From Podospora anserina (taxonomy: Eukaryota), in the NCBI GenBank assembly GCA_017654855.1, contig CM030333.1:434001-498000 (forward strand): DNA of 64,000 nucleotides. Reading direction: 5' to 3'. A program made the translations under genes and the position numbers. This document shows, one piece after another, positions 11,244 through 24,290 of the stretch. The notes under the pieces were generated by a model that made no database searches, was not told the DNA's origin, and saw only the letters and a list, made by a program, of their open reading frames with translations. Numbering within the stretch: position 1 is the stretch's first letter; the number at the start of each line of letters is the position of its first letter.

Positions 11244-14032
11244 ATCATGATTTGGGGAGAAGCAGGCGTTTTCATTGCATGGAATTCGGAAATAGCATGA
11301 ACCGGTTGATGATACCCTAGGAGAGTGAACCGGATGTTAGTAGTGCAAGGCTCTACATTACCTAGTTTAGTTTGTTTTTTTTGAGATGTTGAATGCAGGT
11401 GGCATTTCCTAAATTTTCTGATTTGGCAGACCCTCGTGATTGTTGCTATTTTTGTTGCTTTCCCAAAGACATGTTGTGCCTGGCGCGAGGTAGAGATCTC
11501 CGATCTGGAAACCTTTCAAGTTGGGGAACACCCAAGAGCCAAGAGTTCTTCCCGCATGTGAAGTTGCTGCATTGCCGCAAAGTACCCGAAATTGTGTGCT
11601 TGTCGTGTGCTCAAATTTCAGGCAGTAAAATCATCAAGGACCATGAACAGCCTCCTTGCGAGGCAGCTTCATTTCAAGCGAGTCTAGGGTCCTATGCTTT
11701 CCCATTGTGTCTGAGGACTCTTTCCACACCAAAGAACAGGTGAGGAATTGAGCCAGGAACGAGTTACCCTGGTGTCAATGCTTTTCAGCTGGACCAGTCA
11801 GGAAGGTCACAAAGAGACCATCGCAAAGTTCAAGAGTTCCAACTTGGGTAACCTGCATCATTGGAAGTTTAGTTATCTTCATTGGCCTAAACATAACGGC
11901 CTATCGAGAAGGCTGGAGATTTGTGAGAACCTGATCCAGTCAGCTTTCCAAGCATATTGTTCACTACACCGGAGGAAGAAATGACGATACTTCGGTGAAG
12001 TTTTAGTGGAGCATCACCGGGCACCCCCATATTTTTGGTGTCCGTCCCCCCCACGTTCCCAAGCAGCACGGACCGTATCTTCTGCGCATCGTGGGAGGTA
12101 TCCCATATTGAGATTGTCCATTTTGACTGGCTATGGATTTCCGCCGCTTACATTACAAACCGGACCGTTAGGTATGTTTTTTGGCCGGCAACGACGATTT
12201 GTCAACCGCATTGGATGCTAGTCATGCGTATAGAAGACGCAGCTTTGCTGGGCTAGGTACCAGGTAGTGCCTCAGGCCCAAGAACAAGGCCCAGAGGCAA
12301 GGCTTTATCCACAAGGGAAACAGTGCTGGCTGCGAAAATTGGCCCCCAAAGTCTGCCTAACCTTTGGTGAGTGCCAATCTCCAGGTCTTTTGCCGTGGGT
12401 AGGTACCTGTACAGTGTTCTAAAAAAGGATACATTCTGCAGCGGCCTTCTTCTAGCCTTCGGTTCTTGATTGAAGCTGTGGTGGAGGTTGTTGTTCGCTG
12501 TCTTCCTTGCAGTGTGCGTCGCGTTGCTGCCATTTTGGGCAATTAAAGCTGGGCTTGGCATGAAATGCTCATTTGATTGGTCCAGCTGGTTTGTCTCTTG
12601 GTACTTTTCAACATCAAGTGCTCCGACACCCTTCTCGATTGCGCTTTCCACTCAAGCAGTAGGTATCTTTTCTGGAGCAAGGAGGCAGCGCAATGCTCGT
12701 AGGAACCACGATTCAATTTGGAACCTCTCTTGCTCATCGATTTTACTAGGTCCGGTTTCTTCTACACCACGACCTAGGCTTGGTTCATGTGCCTCAAACG
12801 GACCAGTAGACACATTCATATGGACCTATTGGGATGGCCAGTCGCTACAGAGATGTCTACAAATGCCAGGTTCTTGCACCACATTTTGGTCCTCGATTCA
12901 GATGAGCCGATTCCTTCCCTTCATCCTCTCCCGCAGGCCCGATGCCGTGTGAACATATGCTGACTGCCTCGCCTAGCCGTGAACAAGCCCCTTTGCTGCC
13001 GTTTCGCTACGTTGTACGGTTCCTGGCGACCCATTTCAAGACCTCCCATCGACCTGGCTGTTCACAAACGATTTGCTCGGCTGTCCAGGATTTTTTTTCG
13101 AAGCTTATCTCATTGTACTCGTCTCAATGGGAGTCAAGACCATCATTTCTTGAAATCACTCTGTTCTCCGCACCATGGCCCCCAACCCTTCCAAATCTCT
13201 TTGGAAGCTGCCTGCACCAGTTCCACTGGGAACGACTAACTATGATCCAGCTATCGAATCAGAAACCAGGACGCTAGTATCCAGCTTTCCGAATTTCAGG
13301 TATTTTCTCATTTACCAGTCAGGCGTTGCCTCCCACATCACCCTGCCTCTCACCGCCCTCCAATACCACACAAGGTGTGGTGTCAATCCGTATATGTAAG
13401 CTTGCTCAGTGATCAACTGCTTGCTATTTTCACCCCCTTGCGTATACCCTCTCATGGTCCCGAACCTATGGCTTCACGGTGTAATGTCGAGATGGTGGGT
13501 TACATGGGGCTCGGAAGCAAATAGTCGGGACTACAAATCCATATCCGCCTACCTCCAATTCCTTACTCCCCCTGAAAGGGGTTGTGGTGCCTCATGCTTG
13601 CTTCTGGGTTATGCAAAGAACCTAAGCCGCATTCAACTCACGAAGCGCAAAGTGTGTTTCCTGGTTGCCTTGCTCTGGGTACCTCTTTATGGCTATCCGT
13701 TCGGGTGTTCTGTTTTGGCAACCACTGGTGATGGGGTCAAGATTTACAACTGCGACCATTACACCATCAATATCTGGACTTGAGGCTGAGTCATTGGGTA
13801 TCGTCACTGAGTGGTGACCGAACTCGTAGCTACATGTCTTCAGATAAGTTATATACTCTTAGTCTGTCCTGCCCTTCCGGTAGAAGATCTGTCTTTGCAT
13901 CACCAGCAGCATCAGCGACATACCCACCTGCATATCAAGCAACATAACACAACCCGGTTACAATCGAGTCTACATCCACGACGTCCTTGTGCTCTAGCCA
14001 TGAAGAACAGATCTAGCCAACAGCCCGCAACT

Positions 14033-15068
14033 ATGAGAGTGGCCATCGCCGGAGCTGGCGGCTTTGCCCGTATTCTCGCCCAGTACATTAGCCAAACCCA
14101 CTCTGTTCTCATTCTTTCAACTCAGGTCAGTCCAATGTCGTGTGTGGTGTTTCAGATCTTTTCAGCTAACATATCAGCAGCCCCGGCCCGAGGTGGATGA
14201 ACAATGCCCTGGTTGTCAGCTTGTCGTTGTGGACTATCAAGATATCGAGAATCTTCGGTACGCCGTTCTGGGAGCCGATATTATCATTTCGACCATCTCG
14301 GGCGCCGAGCAGCTCAATCTCATTGATGCTGCTCGTCGTGCTCGGGTTCGTCGTTTCGTCCCTTCTGAATTCGAGGGCGACATGTCACGCCGACCGACTG
14401 ACGACCCGCTGGACCGTGGCGGACAATCCGCCATTGAGATGCTGGAACAGCTCCACATACGATACACTATTTTCTCCTGTGGCATCTTCATGGAACGCTT
14501 TGCCCCAGGAGGCTTGCAGACCTATCACATCGGGGCAGGATCGGGAGTTCAGGGGCCAAGTGACTACCTTGTTGATATTCAAGGCTGCAACGCTGAGATT
14601 ATCCCCAACAACCCAAGTGGCCGGTCAGTCCGTGTTACGCTCACATCGGTATACGACGTGGCCCAATTTGTCACGGCAGCCATCGATCTCGGCATCAGCA
14701 ACTGGCCGAGAGAATACCGCATGAGGGGCGAAACGATGACTGTTACTGACTTGGTTCATACATGCTCCGATGTTCGTGGGGGTTCGTATTTGCCCCTCCT
14801 TCTTTATCGTGCTTGAATACCTTAGGTACTGACCTGTCCACTAGTTCCATTCAACCTTACTGCTCGCCATTACCGTGAGGTCGAGGCACAAGTCGAAGAA
14901 CTCCGGCAGAACGGGGATTGGGGCTACTACTACTTCTACTATCAGCGACTCCTGCAGACGGCCCTTGGAAGGTACCACGTCCATTCACCCAATCTTAACG
15001 ACGATGTTCAGGTACAACCCATGTCATTTAGGGCTTGGTTGGAGAGGTTCTGGGGTGCGGCAGCCTAG
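14033..15068 (+). CDS. NmrA-like / isoflavone-reductase-like NAD(P)-binding protein, 3 exons: 14033-14125, 14181-14781, 14845-15068
   Basis: MRVAIAGAGGFA Rossmann start, LNLIDAARRARVRRFVPSEF, YTIFSCGIFMERF and SVYDVAQFV. Two canonical introns. An alternative in-frame ATG lies at 14000. Confidence 0.88.
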
Positions 15069-16868
15069 GCCTCCCGCTGAATCATGGTAGCACAATCTTC
15101 ATGGTGATGTCTGGGACACAAGATTGGGCTACCAGTGGAGGCATGCTGGTGACATGCAGGAATATTGCGGCTCTTTCCTTTGTCTTAGATGTGACAAGTT
15201 CACCTGGCATTTTCTCATTGGGGATTCTTCCCATGTTTGGCATAGATGCGGAGCTCCAGTAGCCACCAGGTTACTTTTCATCGCTGTTCAGATCATTCAA
15301 AACTACCATGTACAAACTGGTCTCATAATAAATCACTTCTCTTCTATGTTTACCTGTCGTCGCCTGGTAACTATTGTTCTAGATCACCAAAATTCGCCGC
15401 CAACCACTTGTCACGCATAGCCCATCAGCGGGGTGGCACGGACATTTGCTACTGAAGCTGAGGTAACAGCATTGCATGGTGTAGAGAGGGTTGGAAGACG
15501 GTAGCCACAACTTCAGGTTAGATGGACAAGTTCCAGGGCTTTCCCACAGAGCCTCAACAGCGGGCTGAAAAATGCGGTGGGCGGCGGCCACCAACCAAAT
15601 TGTCAAGTGCTGTCACACTGAAGTTCACATGCAACCTGGAAGCCGTACAGCCAACAGCCAACTCTAGTTCGCCGGATCTGGATCACCATGCATACATTCG
15701 TCGTAACCCATCCATTAAGCTATCCATGCCACCGCTTCTCCTCTTTCCAAGGTCAGGAATCCAAATAGAGTGCGCCGTGCTCGACGGTAGTTGGACGCAC
15801 AAGGATGGCACGGCCCGGGCGACACTGAAGGACCCTGGACACCCATAGGGCTGGCCCAGCAGTGGGGATGATTGGGTGATCCCTGTCCACTGGGAATTCT
15901 ATGTACAGGATATACGTACGTCCTCATCGTGTACGGTTCTTTTCTGGACCAAAGCAGTTTAACGCCCCATTCAACAATGTGGCTACATGATCGATGTAGG
16001 TGAAGTGTTAGGCACACTTTTCCGGGTCTGAGCGCACCTCTCTGGCTACTCACCCCATCTATCATCAACTACACTAGCAAGTACCGTAGACTGTCCCGAC
16101 GGGAAGGAAGCTCACCTTACCCCCTAGATCCCCACCTGTTCGCGGCTCTTTGCCTTACACCCACTTCCAGGTCAAGAAGCATTTCGATTCCGCGATATCC
16201 AAACATCAAACAAGTCTTTTAATCCAATTCAGCACCCCTCCGTTGTAACCAAACAATATGCGAAAATAAATACAACACCTGCACCGCGCCCCAACAGTGA
16301 ATCCAAGTCCCTCCACCATCTACCTCAATCTAACCTTACACGACGTCATCGCATCGATCGCATAATGCACAACCCATTTTTCCAGGCAAAAGATTAGATG
16401 AGGCTGTGGGGCAACAAGTCACCTGGGGAAAGGCACAGACGAAACAACCGGACCGGCAGTAGCCGAAGTGCAAGCAGCATGTTTGCTTGTTTCAATTTCG
16501 TTCCTTCCATCAAAGAGAGGAAAATAAACGATTCCAGAAGGAATAACTAATCAGCCAACCGGATGTGCTCCTTCTCCATTACAGGAGCTGCCTGAGGGGC
16601 ACATGGGATGAAATCTGCCCCGATTGCCAAGTTAGAGGAGTCAAACATCCGTCATCGCCAACGTCATGATATAGACACATCACGCCCGATGTGACGGTTA
16701 CAGCACCAAAAGCAAACGCTCGTGAAACACATCACCAGCGCCTACGATGTCATCAAATTTCTCGTCGTAAACCACACCACAAGCGCGGCTAATCACTGCC
16801 CCAGCAACCTTGCCAACCACCCCTCTTCTCAACAGGCATCGAGATAAAAGACATTGACTGGCAGTCCC

Positions 16869-18976
16869 TTAGTTAGCCGAAGCAGTGACATCGCCATCGC
16901 CGTCGCCATCTCCACCCTCGCCGTAATCATCGCCGTACTCAGTAACAATCCAAAGACAGAAGCGCTCCCACTCGACCGCCCATTCCTTTAGGCGTTTGGC
17001 TTTCAGTCCAGACCCCACGCTTGCTGCACGAATATCCCGTATCCTTTAGGCAATTAACAAGTGGTTAGAATCTCTTGCCTCTTCAACAAGGACGTAGATG
17101 GGAACGGAGTGATATCCTCGCTCCAGATCCCCGTATACTACTATCCGGATGGGGGCACAACTTACCATGACTCAGGAGGCTGGTCCTCAAAGGCAGCCCA
17201 CCGAACACTGTTCTCCGCCAGAGACCCGATTCCAGCCAGGCCTAATGACTCCCACGCATGCAGTGCTGTCCAGAACTGGTGTGTCATTCCCAAGCCGGCA
17301 CCTTCTCCCGCATTTTCCTTCGCATCACCAAGTGACAAGGCACACGGAACACCCTGAGCGATGAGGGCCAGGAGCGGGTGGTTCGAAATGTCGCCTTTGC
17401 CCGGTACCAGACAACTCTCTACCAGGATCCTCTTGTCCTTGACAGCCTCCATCATGCGCGGGTGTCTGTAGAGCGACGGAGCATTTCCGAGCCTCCGTGT
17501 TCCGAGCAAAAGAGCGTCGAAGAGGTTGCATTCGCCAGCTCCATCAATGCCACCCCCCGCGTCCAAGAAAAAGGGGATTTCGACTTCTTCCAGTGCGCAC
17601 TGCTTTCGGAACCAGAAGAGTTCTGGTAGCATGTCCGTGAGCGATCTTCCGAGAGCGTCGGTGTCGGCGAGGTCGTAGCCGGCCACCAGGTCAGACCAGA
17701 TCATTTTGGCCGCGATGCAACTATCCGCATCCTCAATGATCGACCGTTGATCCTGGTTGCGGGTGGTTGACCAGATGATCCGGAGTCCCCAGAAGGGCGG
17801 TCGCTGACCCGGGTCGTCGGGAGTGGTTGTGGCTTGGCGGCAATAGCTGGCCGCTTCTTGTCCGATGACGACGAACAACTGGTCAGAGTCGGGTTCTGGC
17901 GACTCTGAGCCTGTGCGGTAGTAATCAAGGGGGAAAGTAAGCCTAACATGGGGGTTGTGTATTAGTCGTGGCACACTCTCGTTGATCACCATAGTGGTGT
18001 TGTTGCCACCCGTGGGGTTTAGAAAAGGGGGAGATGGATTACGAGGCCCATCACGGTGGCCTAGATAGAGTGTAGAGAAATCCTTACCGTAGTTCTGACC
18101 ACGATAGACCGTCCTCCATTAGTTGAACCAAGAGATGACGCAGGAACTTTCGGAATATTGGCTCGTAGTAGAGCATGCCCCTGAGTAGGCGTGAATCTGC
18201 CCGGCCCTCGGCCGATGAGAAGCTTTCGGTTTTTTCGGTTTGTGGCGTCGTAGTAGTAATGCTGTCATCACTCCTCGATACTACACCGCATCTTACCTTG
18301 AGCCATTTGCTGAAGCCTGACCTGCCTCCTTCGGGGTAGTCATCCGCCGCATTGGTCAGGGGCACAAAGGTTCCGCTCTCGTAGTCAGAACTCCATATCG
18401 ACTGCTCGCTTTTCTGGTCGTTCTTTCGGAACCGGATTTCGACTCTTCTCGTGGTATCACCCCTTGCCTCTGCCGTAGCGAGATTTCCATTCGAGGATGA
18501 CAGACACATCCCTGGTGTCTCGAGTGCCAGGGTGATGAGGTGGTCGACATTAGCCAAAGCGAGGGCGTCCATCTGGGCGCGGAGGAGACCGCCTTTTGGT
18601 AGCCGCTGGATGATTTGCCATGATTTGGGTTTGGTCATGGCGTCGGGGGTGAGAGTAGTGGTTGTGACATGGTGGTGCTCTTCATCTCGTATCCTGTCGA
18701 CGATGCGGCATGCTGCCTTGGCGATGGGGGAGAGGGCTTGTCGGAAGGAGGAGTCTGCCTTGTTTTGTCTTTCAGTTACTACTACCTGTTACTTTTTGGG
18801 TATGGAGTGGGGTTAGGGTGGGGATGAGGTAGGGTACACATACCGCTTCGCTGTTTATACTCTTCGTTTATGAGGGCGGTGCGGCTGGAGAGATATTTTT
18901 GGAGGATGGGGTCGGAGGGGGAGGGGAGTTCGGTTGTGAGGATGGAGTGGTAGTCTTCGTCTGTGAGGGGAGCCAT
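16869..18976 (-). CDS. Adenosine deaminase-related (ADGF/ADA2-like) protein with degenerate catalytic motifs, 4 exons: 18976-18844, 18754-18088, 17942-17166, 17043-16869
   Basis: N-terminal YLSSRTALINEEYKQRS|DSSFRQALS, WQIIQRLPKGGLL, GLRIIWSTTR, LVAGYDL, NLFDALLLGTRRLG, HPLLALIAQGVP and LAGIGSLAENSVRW. The introns are canonical and the frame is intact. Confidence 0.88.
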
Positions 18977-20201
18977 ATTTTGGAGGTGAGAAGATGCCTA
19001 GCGGGGAGATTGGTGATGAGATGGTTCGGATGATGATGTGGTAGTGGGACAGCGTTGTGAGATGACGTCGGGGTTGCGGTTATAGCGGCTGTTTTTGGTC
19101 GGCAGCGCTAAAGGCGACGTTGGCGGGTAATTAGACGCTATCTCCGGGCGGTTGAAGCGGTTATTGTGGGGTCAGAGTTGGCTACCAACCTGGGTAAAAT
19201 ATCATGGACAGCTTTGATTTTATTGTGACCTAGGTTGGTCTTTGTCATTCTTCAATGGCATTGGGGGAAGAAGGTCATAAGAACTGAAATAGTCTTATTT
19301 ATTGTCTCCTGTTGCCTGTCGGGGGATTTGTGCTTTTTGAGAGGTTCTTGACTGAGGTTTGTCAAAGCGGAAAATCAGAAGAGTTTGAGGGACGGTGATG
19401 CCTGAGCGTGGCAACAAATGCTTGACAGTTGAGGCTCGCAGCTTATGTCCATGATGGAGCGAAATCTTGACCAAAATTGCCGGCCTTTCGATCAAGACAC
19501 ATTCTGGCTTAGCATCATTGCGGCGAGATGTAAAGTTACTGTTTAAGGCAATTGATGCTCGACCGTTGCATGGTGCATACACAAGCCTCTTTAGCTCCCC
19601 GCGATATCCCCGCTCGGCTTCATCCCGATGCAAGATCCACGAGTCACCAAGGCATACCGTGAAGAGTTGAGCCTCGGGAGGGCTGAAAGTGGTTATTAGC
19701 AGGCAGTATCTACATCCAGAACAAGAAATACGGTTTCAAAGATGAATAGAATAGGCAAGTCGGCGACATCAACGTTAGAGGGTTTGTCAGCCCGGGTAGT
19801 CGCGGGCGTGGGGACATGGTGGGGTACCCTACAGTAGCTATCCGGTCATCGGTCGGCTCCCGTGGGGCAACCACCCCGAGCTACCCCTCCGCTGATTCCG
19901 CTTCCTAACTGTCGGGTATCATACAAAGCAGCGAATAAGATTACTGCAAACTCCGGAGTATATGGCTTGGATTGCTTGCTGTTGATCAGTCTCGCTCTGC
20001 AGCCATCGTGACGCCATCTATCTCATATTCTCATCCCATCTGTTTCAAACCTCCAATTTCTACATAAGCTCAGTGGGCGTTCATCCCATCCAATACCTAC
20101 TCTGTTTTTCCTTTTCACATCATCACCTCAGATCGAGTCTCCCTCGCACCAACCACTCTGACTTACACAAGCCACGTCAACACCTACAAAACCCGCCCAC
20201 C

Positions 20202-23200
20202 ATGTCTTCCTCACCTGAAGCCTCAAAGAAAGGCGGAATCCGCATCGCCATTGACCGCGGCGGCACTTTCACTGACTGCGTTGGGTCCCTGAACGGCGAG
20301 ACCATCATTATTAAGCTTCTCTCTGAAGACCCCTCCAATTACTCGGATGCTCCCCTCGAAGGCATCCGACGCATCCTCTCCCACTTTCTCAAGAAAGATA
20401 TCCCTCGTGGTCAGCCCCTCGATACGTCAGCCATCGAGAGCATACGTATGGGCACCACTGTGGCTACCAACGCTTTGCTGGAGAGGAATGGAGAGAAGAT
20501 CGCCTTTGTCACCACCAAAGGGTTTGGGGATATTTTGTTGATCGGCAACCAGTCTCGCCCAAAGATCTTTGACTTGGCAATCAAGAAGCCGGATGTGCTT
20601 TATGAGGAGGTGGTCGAGTTGGAGGAGAGAGTGACGTTGGAGGATTATGCTGAGGATCCGAAGCGGGTGCTTACGAAAGTGGAGGCCAAGGCTGGGACGG
20701 AAGAGGCAAAGAAGGAAGAGATTGTCATGGGACTGAGTGGAGAGGCGGTTAGGATTCTGCAAAGACCGGATAGGGAGGTAATCAAGGGCAAGTTGGGGGA
20801 GATTTACAGAAAAGGGATCAAGAGTGTGGCTGTTTGCTTGATGCATGGGTATACTTTCCCAGACCATGAGAGGTTGGTGGGCGAAGTGGCCAAGGAGATT
20901 GGGTTTGAGCACATCAGCCTGAGCCATGAGCTGATGCCGATGATCAAGTTGGTCTCAAGAGCAACTTCGGTCTGCGCTGATGCGTATCTCACGCCAGCGA
21001 TTAAAAAGTACATTGCTGGGTTTCAGAATGGATTTGAAGGCGGTAGCTTGGGCTCGAAGAGTGTCAAGGAAAATGGCGAAAAGAAGGGTGCGAGGTGTGA
21101 GTTCATGCAAAGCGATGGTGGGTTGGTGGATGTCGACAAGTTCACAGGCCTGAAAGCTATCTTGTCCGGCCCCGCAGGAGGTGTTGTTGGTTACGCCATC
21201 ACGTCGTACGACGAGAAGACCAAAGTTCCCGTCATTGGGTTTGACATGGGTGGTACCAGCACAGATGTCTCGAGGTATGGAGACGGCAGGTATGACCATA
21301 CCTTTGAGACAACGACTGCCGGTGTCACCATCCAGTCTCCACAGTTGGATATCAACACAGTTGCCGCTGGTGGCGGATCAAGGCTGTTCTTCAAAAATGG
21401 GCTATTTGTTGTCGGTCCCGATTCTGCCGGTGCTCACCCTGGTCCTGCTTGCTACCGAAAGGGTGGCCCGGCGGCCGTCACCGATGCCAACTTGTTCTTG
21501 GGCAGATTATTGCCCGAGTTCTTCCCCAAGATCTTTGGGAAGAATGAGGACGAGGCCCTGGACACGGAGGCGAGTAGAAAGGCGCTTCAGGAAATCGCAG
21601 ACCAGATTCAGAAGGAAACGGGAAAGAAGATGGACATCGATGAGGTTGCCTATGGATTCTTGACAGTTGCCAACGAAGCCATGACCCGACCTATCAGAAG
21701 CATCACTGAGGCCAAGGGACACGACACATCAAAGCACCGTCTGGCTACCTTTGGAGGTGCCGGCGGTCAGCACGCTGTTGCTATTGCCGAGTCACTGGGT
21801 ATCAAGCAGATTCTGGTTCATAGATACTCTTCGGTTCTCTCTGCCTATGGCATGGCCCTTGCAGACGTGGTGGATGAACGTCAAGAGCCAGATTCGAGTG
21901 TGTGGAGCCAGGACAGCGAGGTTGTTGGCCATCTCAAGCAAAAAGTCGGAAGTCTGAAGGAAAAATCTCGCGAGGCCTTGAGAGATCAGGGATTTGACGA
22001 CAGCGAGATGGTCTTTGAGGAGTACCTCAATATGAGATATCGCGGCACCGAATCAGCTCTCATGATCATCAAGCCGAGCGATGACAGCTGGGACTTCGGC
22101 AGGGCTTTTGTGGAGCACCACCGCTACGAGTTCGGCTTTACGCTAGATGAGAGGGATATCATTATCGACGACGTCCGTGTGCGTGGCATTGGCAAGAGCT
22201 TCCAGTATGGGGAGAAGACAGTCGATGAGCAGCTCAAGACAGTCCAGCGCACAGATGTATCTCCAGAGAAGAAGCACTCCGAAGCCAAGGTTTATTTTGA
22301 AGGAGGCCGGCTGGATACCCCCATCTACAAACTTACTGATCTTTCCGTTGGCAACGTTATCAAGGGTCCAGCCATGTTGGCGGATGGCACCCAAACCATT
22401 GTCGTCACCCCTAACGCGACTGCTTTGATTCTCGAGACGCACGTTGTGGTCGACCTTCCCAAGGCTGCGAAGGACAAGTCCTCTGAAAGTATGGAAGAGC
22501 GTGAGGTTGACCCCATCATGCTCAGCATTTTTGGGCACCGGTTTATGGCCATTGCGGAGCAGATGGGCAGAGCGCTCCAGAAGACAAGCGTCAGTACCAA
22601 CGTCAAGGAGCGTCTTGATTTTTCTTGTGCCATTTTTGACGCGTCCGGAGGTCTCGTAGCCAATGCTCCTCATTTGCCTGTCCACTTGGGGTCCATGTCG
22701 ACTTGTGTTCGCACCCAGGCCAAGATCTGGGAGGGCAAGCTCAAGAAGGGCGATGTCATCATTTCCAACCACCCGTCATACGGCGGCACTCACTTACCAG
22801 ATATCACTCTTCTGATGCCAGCATTCAACGAGGCTGGTGATAAGATTCTGTTTTATGCCGCCTCTCGCGCCCATCACGCTGACATCGGAGGTATCACGGC
22901 TGGCAGCATGCCCCCTCACTCCCGCGAACTGTACCAAGAAGGTGCCGCCATCAAGTCTGAGAAGCTTGTTAGCGAGGGAAAGTTCAATGAAGAACGTTGC
23001 ATTGAGCTTCTTTATCAAGAGCCAGCCAAGTACCCAGGATGCAGTGGTACCCGCACCCTCGCTGACAACATCAACGACCTCCGCGCCCAGGTTTCGGCGA
23101 ATCAGAAGGGCATCTCCCTCATCGAAGGCCTCATCAGCGAGTATGGTGAGGATACGGTCCAGTTTTACATGGTGGCCATCCAGAAGAACGCCGAACTCCA

Positions 23201-24290
23201 GGTGCGCAATTTGCTTAAGACTGTATCGAAGCGGTTTCAAGGCAAGGAGCTCTCAGCAGTTGACTACATGGACGACGGGTCTCCCATCCGCCTCAAGGTG
23301 ACCATTGACGACCAAGCGGGCGAAGCCATCTTTGACTTTGCGGGCACAGGCCCCGAAGTCTACGCCAACATCAACGCTCCCGAGGCCATCTCGTACTCGG
23401 CCATCATCTACTGCCTCCGGTGCATGATCTCGGAAGACATCCCGCTGAACCAAGGCTGCCTACGCCCCATCACGGTCAAGATTCCCAAGAAGAGCTTGCT
23501 GTCTCCGTCAGACAACGCTGCCGTGGTGGGCGGCAATGTCTTGACCAGTCAGCGCATCACAGACGTCATCTTCAAGGCCTTTGAAGCCTGTGCCGCCAGC
23601 CAAGGCTGCTGCAATAACTTGACGTTTGGCTTTGGTGGAAACGTCACGGGCCAGAAAGAGGTCAAAGGGTTCGGGTACTACGAGACGATTGCGGGCGGGA
23701 GCGGCGCCGGGCCGTACTGGGAGGGGACAGATGGAGTTCACGTGCACATGACGAATACCAGAATCACGGATTCAGAGGTGTTTGAGAGACGGTACCCGGT
23801 TTTGTTGCGGGAATTCTCCATCAGGAGGGGATCAGGTGGTAAGGGACAGCACAGGGGTGGTGATGGCGTGGTGAGGGATATTGAGTTTAGGTTGCCGATG
23901 CAGGTGTCGATCTTGAGCGAGAGGAGGGTTTACCAGCCGTATGGCATGGCCGGGGGTGAGGATGCGGAGGCGGGGTTGAACTTGTGGGTGAGGAAAGTGC
24001 AGAAGGCTAGCTGGGAGACAAGCTTGAAGAGGCTACAGGCTGAGAAGGAAGGGGAGGGGGGTGATGGTGGTGATGACGAAGGGGAGACGGAGGAGAGGTA
24101 CATCAACATGGGGGCCAAGAACACGGCGCCGATGAAGGCGGGTGACCGCATCATCATCCAAACTCCCGGAGGAGGTGGCTGGGGCAAGGTAGGTGAAGCG
24201 AAGGCACTCGATGCCTCGAAACATGATCCGACCCAGGGATGGAAAAAAGGTTCCCATGCAGCGCGGGAGGATGCCGCTCTGCAGGTCTGA
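20202..24290 (+). CDS. OXP1: ATP-dependent 5-oxoprolinase (hydantoinase A+B fusion), single exon
   Basis: IAIDRGGTFTD, MGTTVATNALLER, SGPAGGVVG, FDMGGTSTDVS, GGAGGQHA, SVSTNVKERLDFSCA, GGTHLPDI, YYETIAGGSGAG and TPGGGGWG. The ATG at 20202 is in a CACCATG context. Confidence 0.97.
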   Translation: MSSSPEASKKGGIRIAIDRGGTFTDCVGSLNGETIIIKLLSEDPSNYSDAPLEGIRRILSHFLKKDIPRGQPLDTSAIESIRMGTTVATNALLERNGEKIAFVTTKGFGDILLIGNQSRPKIFDLAIKKPDVLYEEVVELEERVTLEDYAEDPKRVLTKVEAKAGTEEAKKEEIVMGLSGEAVRILQRPDREVIKGKLGEIYRKGIKSVAVCLMHGYTFPDHERLVGEVAKEIGFEHISLSHELMPMIKLVSRATSVCADAYLTPAIKKYIAGFQNGFEGGSLGSKSVKENGEKKGARCEFMQSDGGLVDVDKFTGLKAILSGPAGGVVGYAITSYDEKTKVPVIGFDMGGTSTDVSRYGDGRYDHTFETTTAGVTIQSPQLDINTVAAGGGSRLFFKNGLFVVGPDSAGAHPGPACYRKGGPAAVTDANLFLGRLLPEFFPKIFGKNEDEALDTEASRKALQEIADQIQKETGKKMDIDEVAYGFLTVANEAMTRPIRSITEAKGHDTSKHRLATFGGAGGQHAVAIAESLGIKQILVHRYSSVLSAYGMALADVVDERQEPDSSVWSQDSEVVGHLKQKVGSLKEKSREALRDQGFDDSEMVFEEYLNMRYRGTESALMIIKPSDDSWDFGRAFVEHHRYEFGFTLDERDIIIDDVRVRGIGKSFQYGEKTVDEQLKTVQRTDVSPEKKHSEAKVYFEGGRLDTPIYKLTDLSVGNVIKGPAMLADGTQTIVVTPNATALILETHVVVDLPKAAKDKSSESMEEREVDPIMLSIFGHRFMAIAEQMGRALQKTSVSTNVKERLDFSCAIFDASGGLVANAPHLPVHLGSMSTCVRTQAKIWEGKLKKGDVIISNHPSYGGTHLPDITLLMPAFNEAGDKILFYAASRAHHADIGGITAGSMPPHSRELYQEGAAIKSEKLVSEGKFNEERCIELLYQEPAKYPGCSGTRTLADNINDLRAQVSANQKGISLIEGLISEYGEDTVQFYMVAIQKNAELQVRNLLKTVSKRFQGKELSAVDYMDDGSPIRLKVTIDDQAGEAIFDFAGTGPEVYANINAPEAISYSAIIYCLRCMISEDIPLNQGCLRPITVKIPKKSLLSPSDNAAVVGGNVLTSQRITDVIFKAFEACAASQGCCNNLTFGFGGNVTGQKEVKGFGYYETIAGGSGAGPYWEGTDGVHVHMTNTRITDSEVFERRYPVLLREFSIRRGSGGKGQHRGGDGVVRDIEFRLPMQVSILSERRVYQPYGMAGGEDAEAGLNLWVRKVQKASWETSLKRLQAEKEGEGGDGGDDEGETEERYINMGAKNTAPMKAGDRIIIQTPGGGGWGKVGEAKALDASKHDPTQGWKKGSHAAREDAALQV

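Noticed and set aside
11930-13400. Possible multi-exon gene (hydrophobic ORF 12470-12952, splice-like signals at 12172, 12367 and 12976)
   Set aside because: I could not assemble a stop-free frame across the candidate junctions and found no recognisable motif. A degenerate or orphan gene is not excluded.
16869-18976. Idea that the ADA-like protein is the enzyme editing the TAG at 1456
   Set aside because: Fungal mRNA A-to-I editing is attributed to the Tad2/Tad3 (ADAT) complex, a different fold, and this protein lacks catalytic residues. The linkage is likely coincidental.
20073-20201. GTG-initiated N-terminal extension of OXP1
   Set aside because: The sequence is a typical CT/CA-rich 5' UTR, and the ATG at 20202 has strong context just before the conserved domain.
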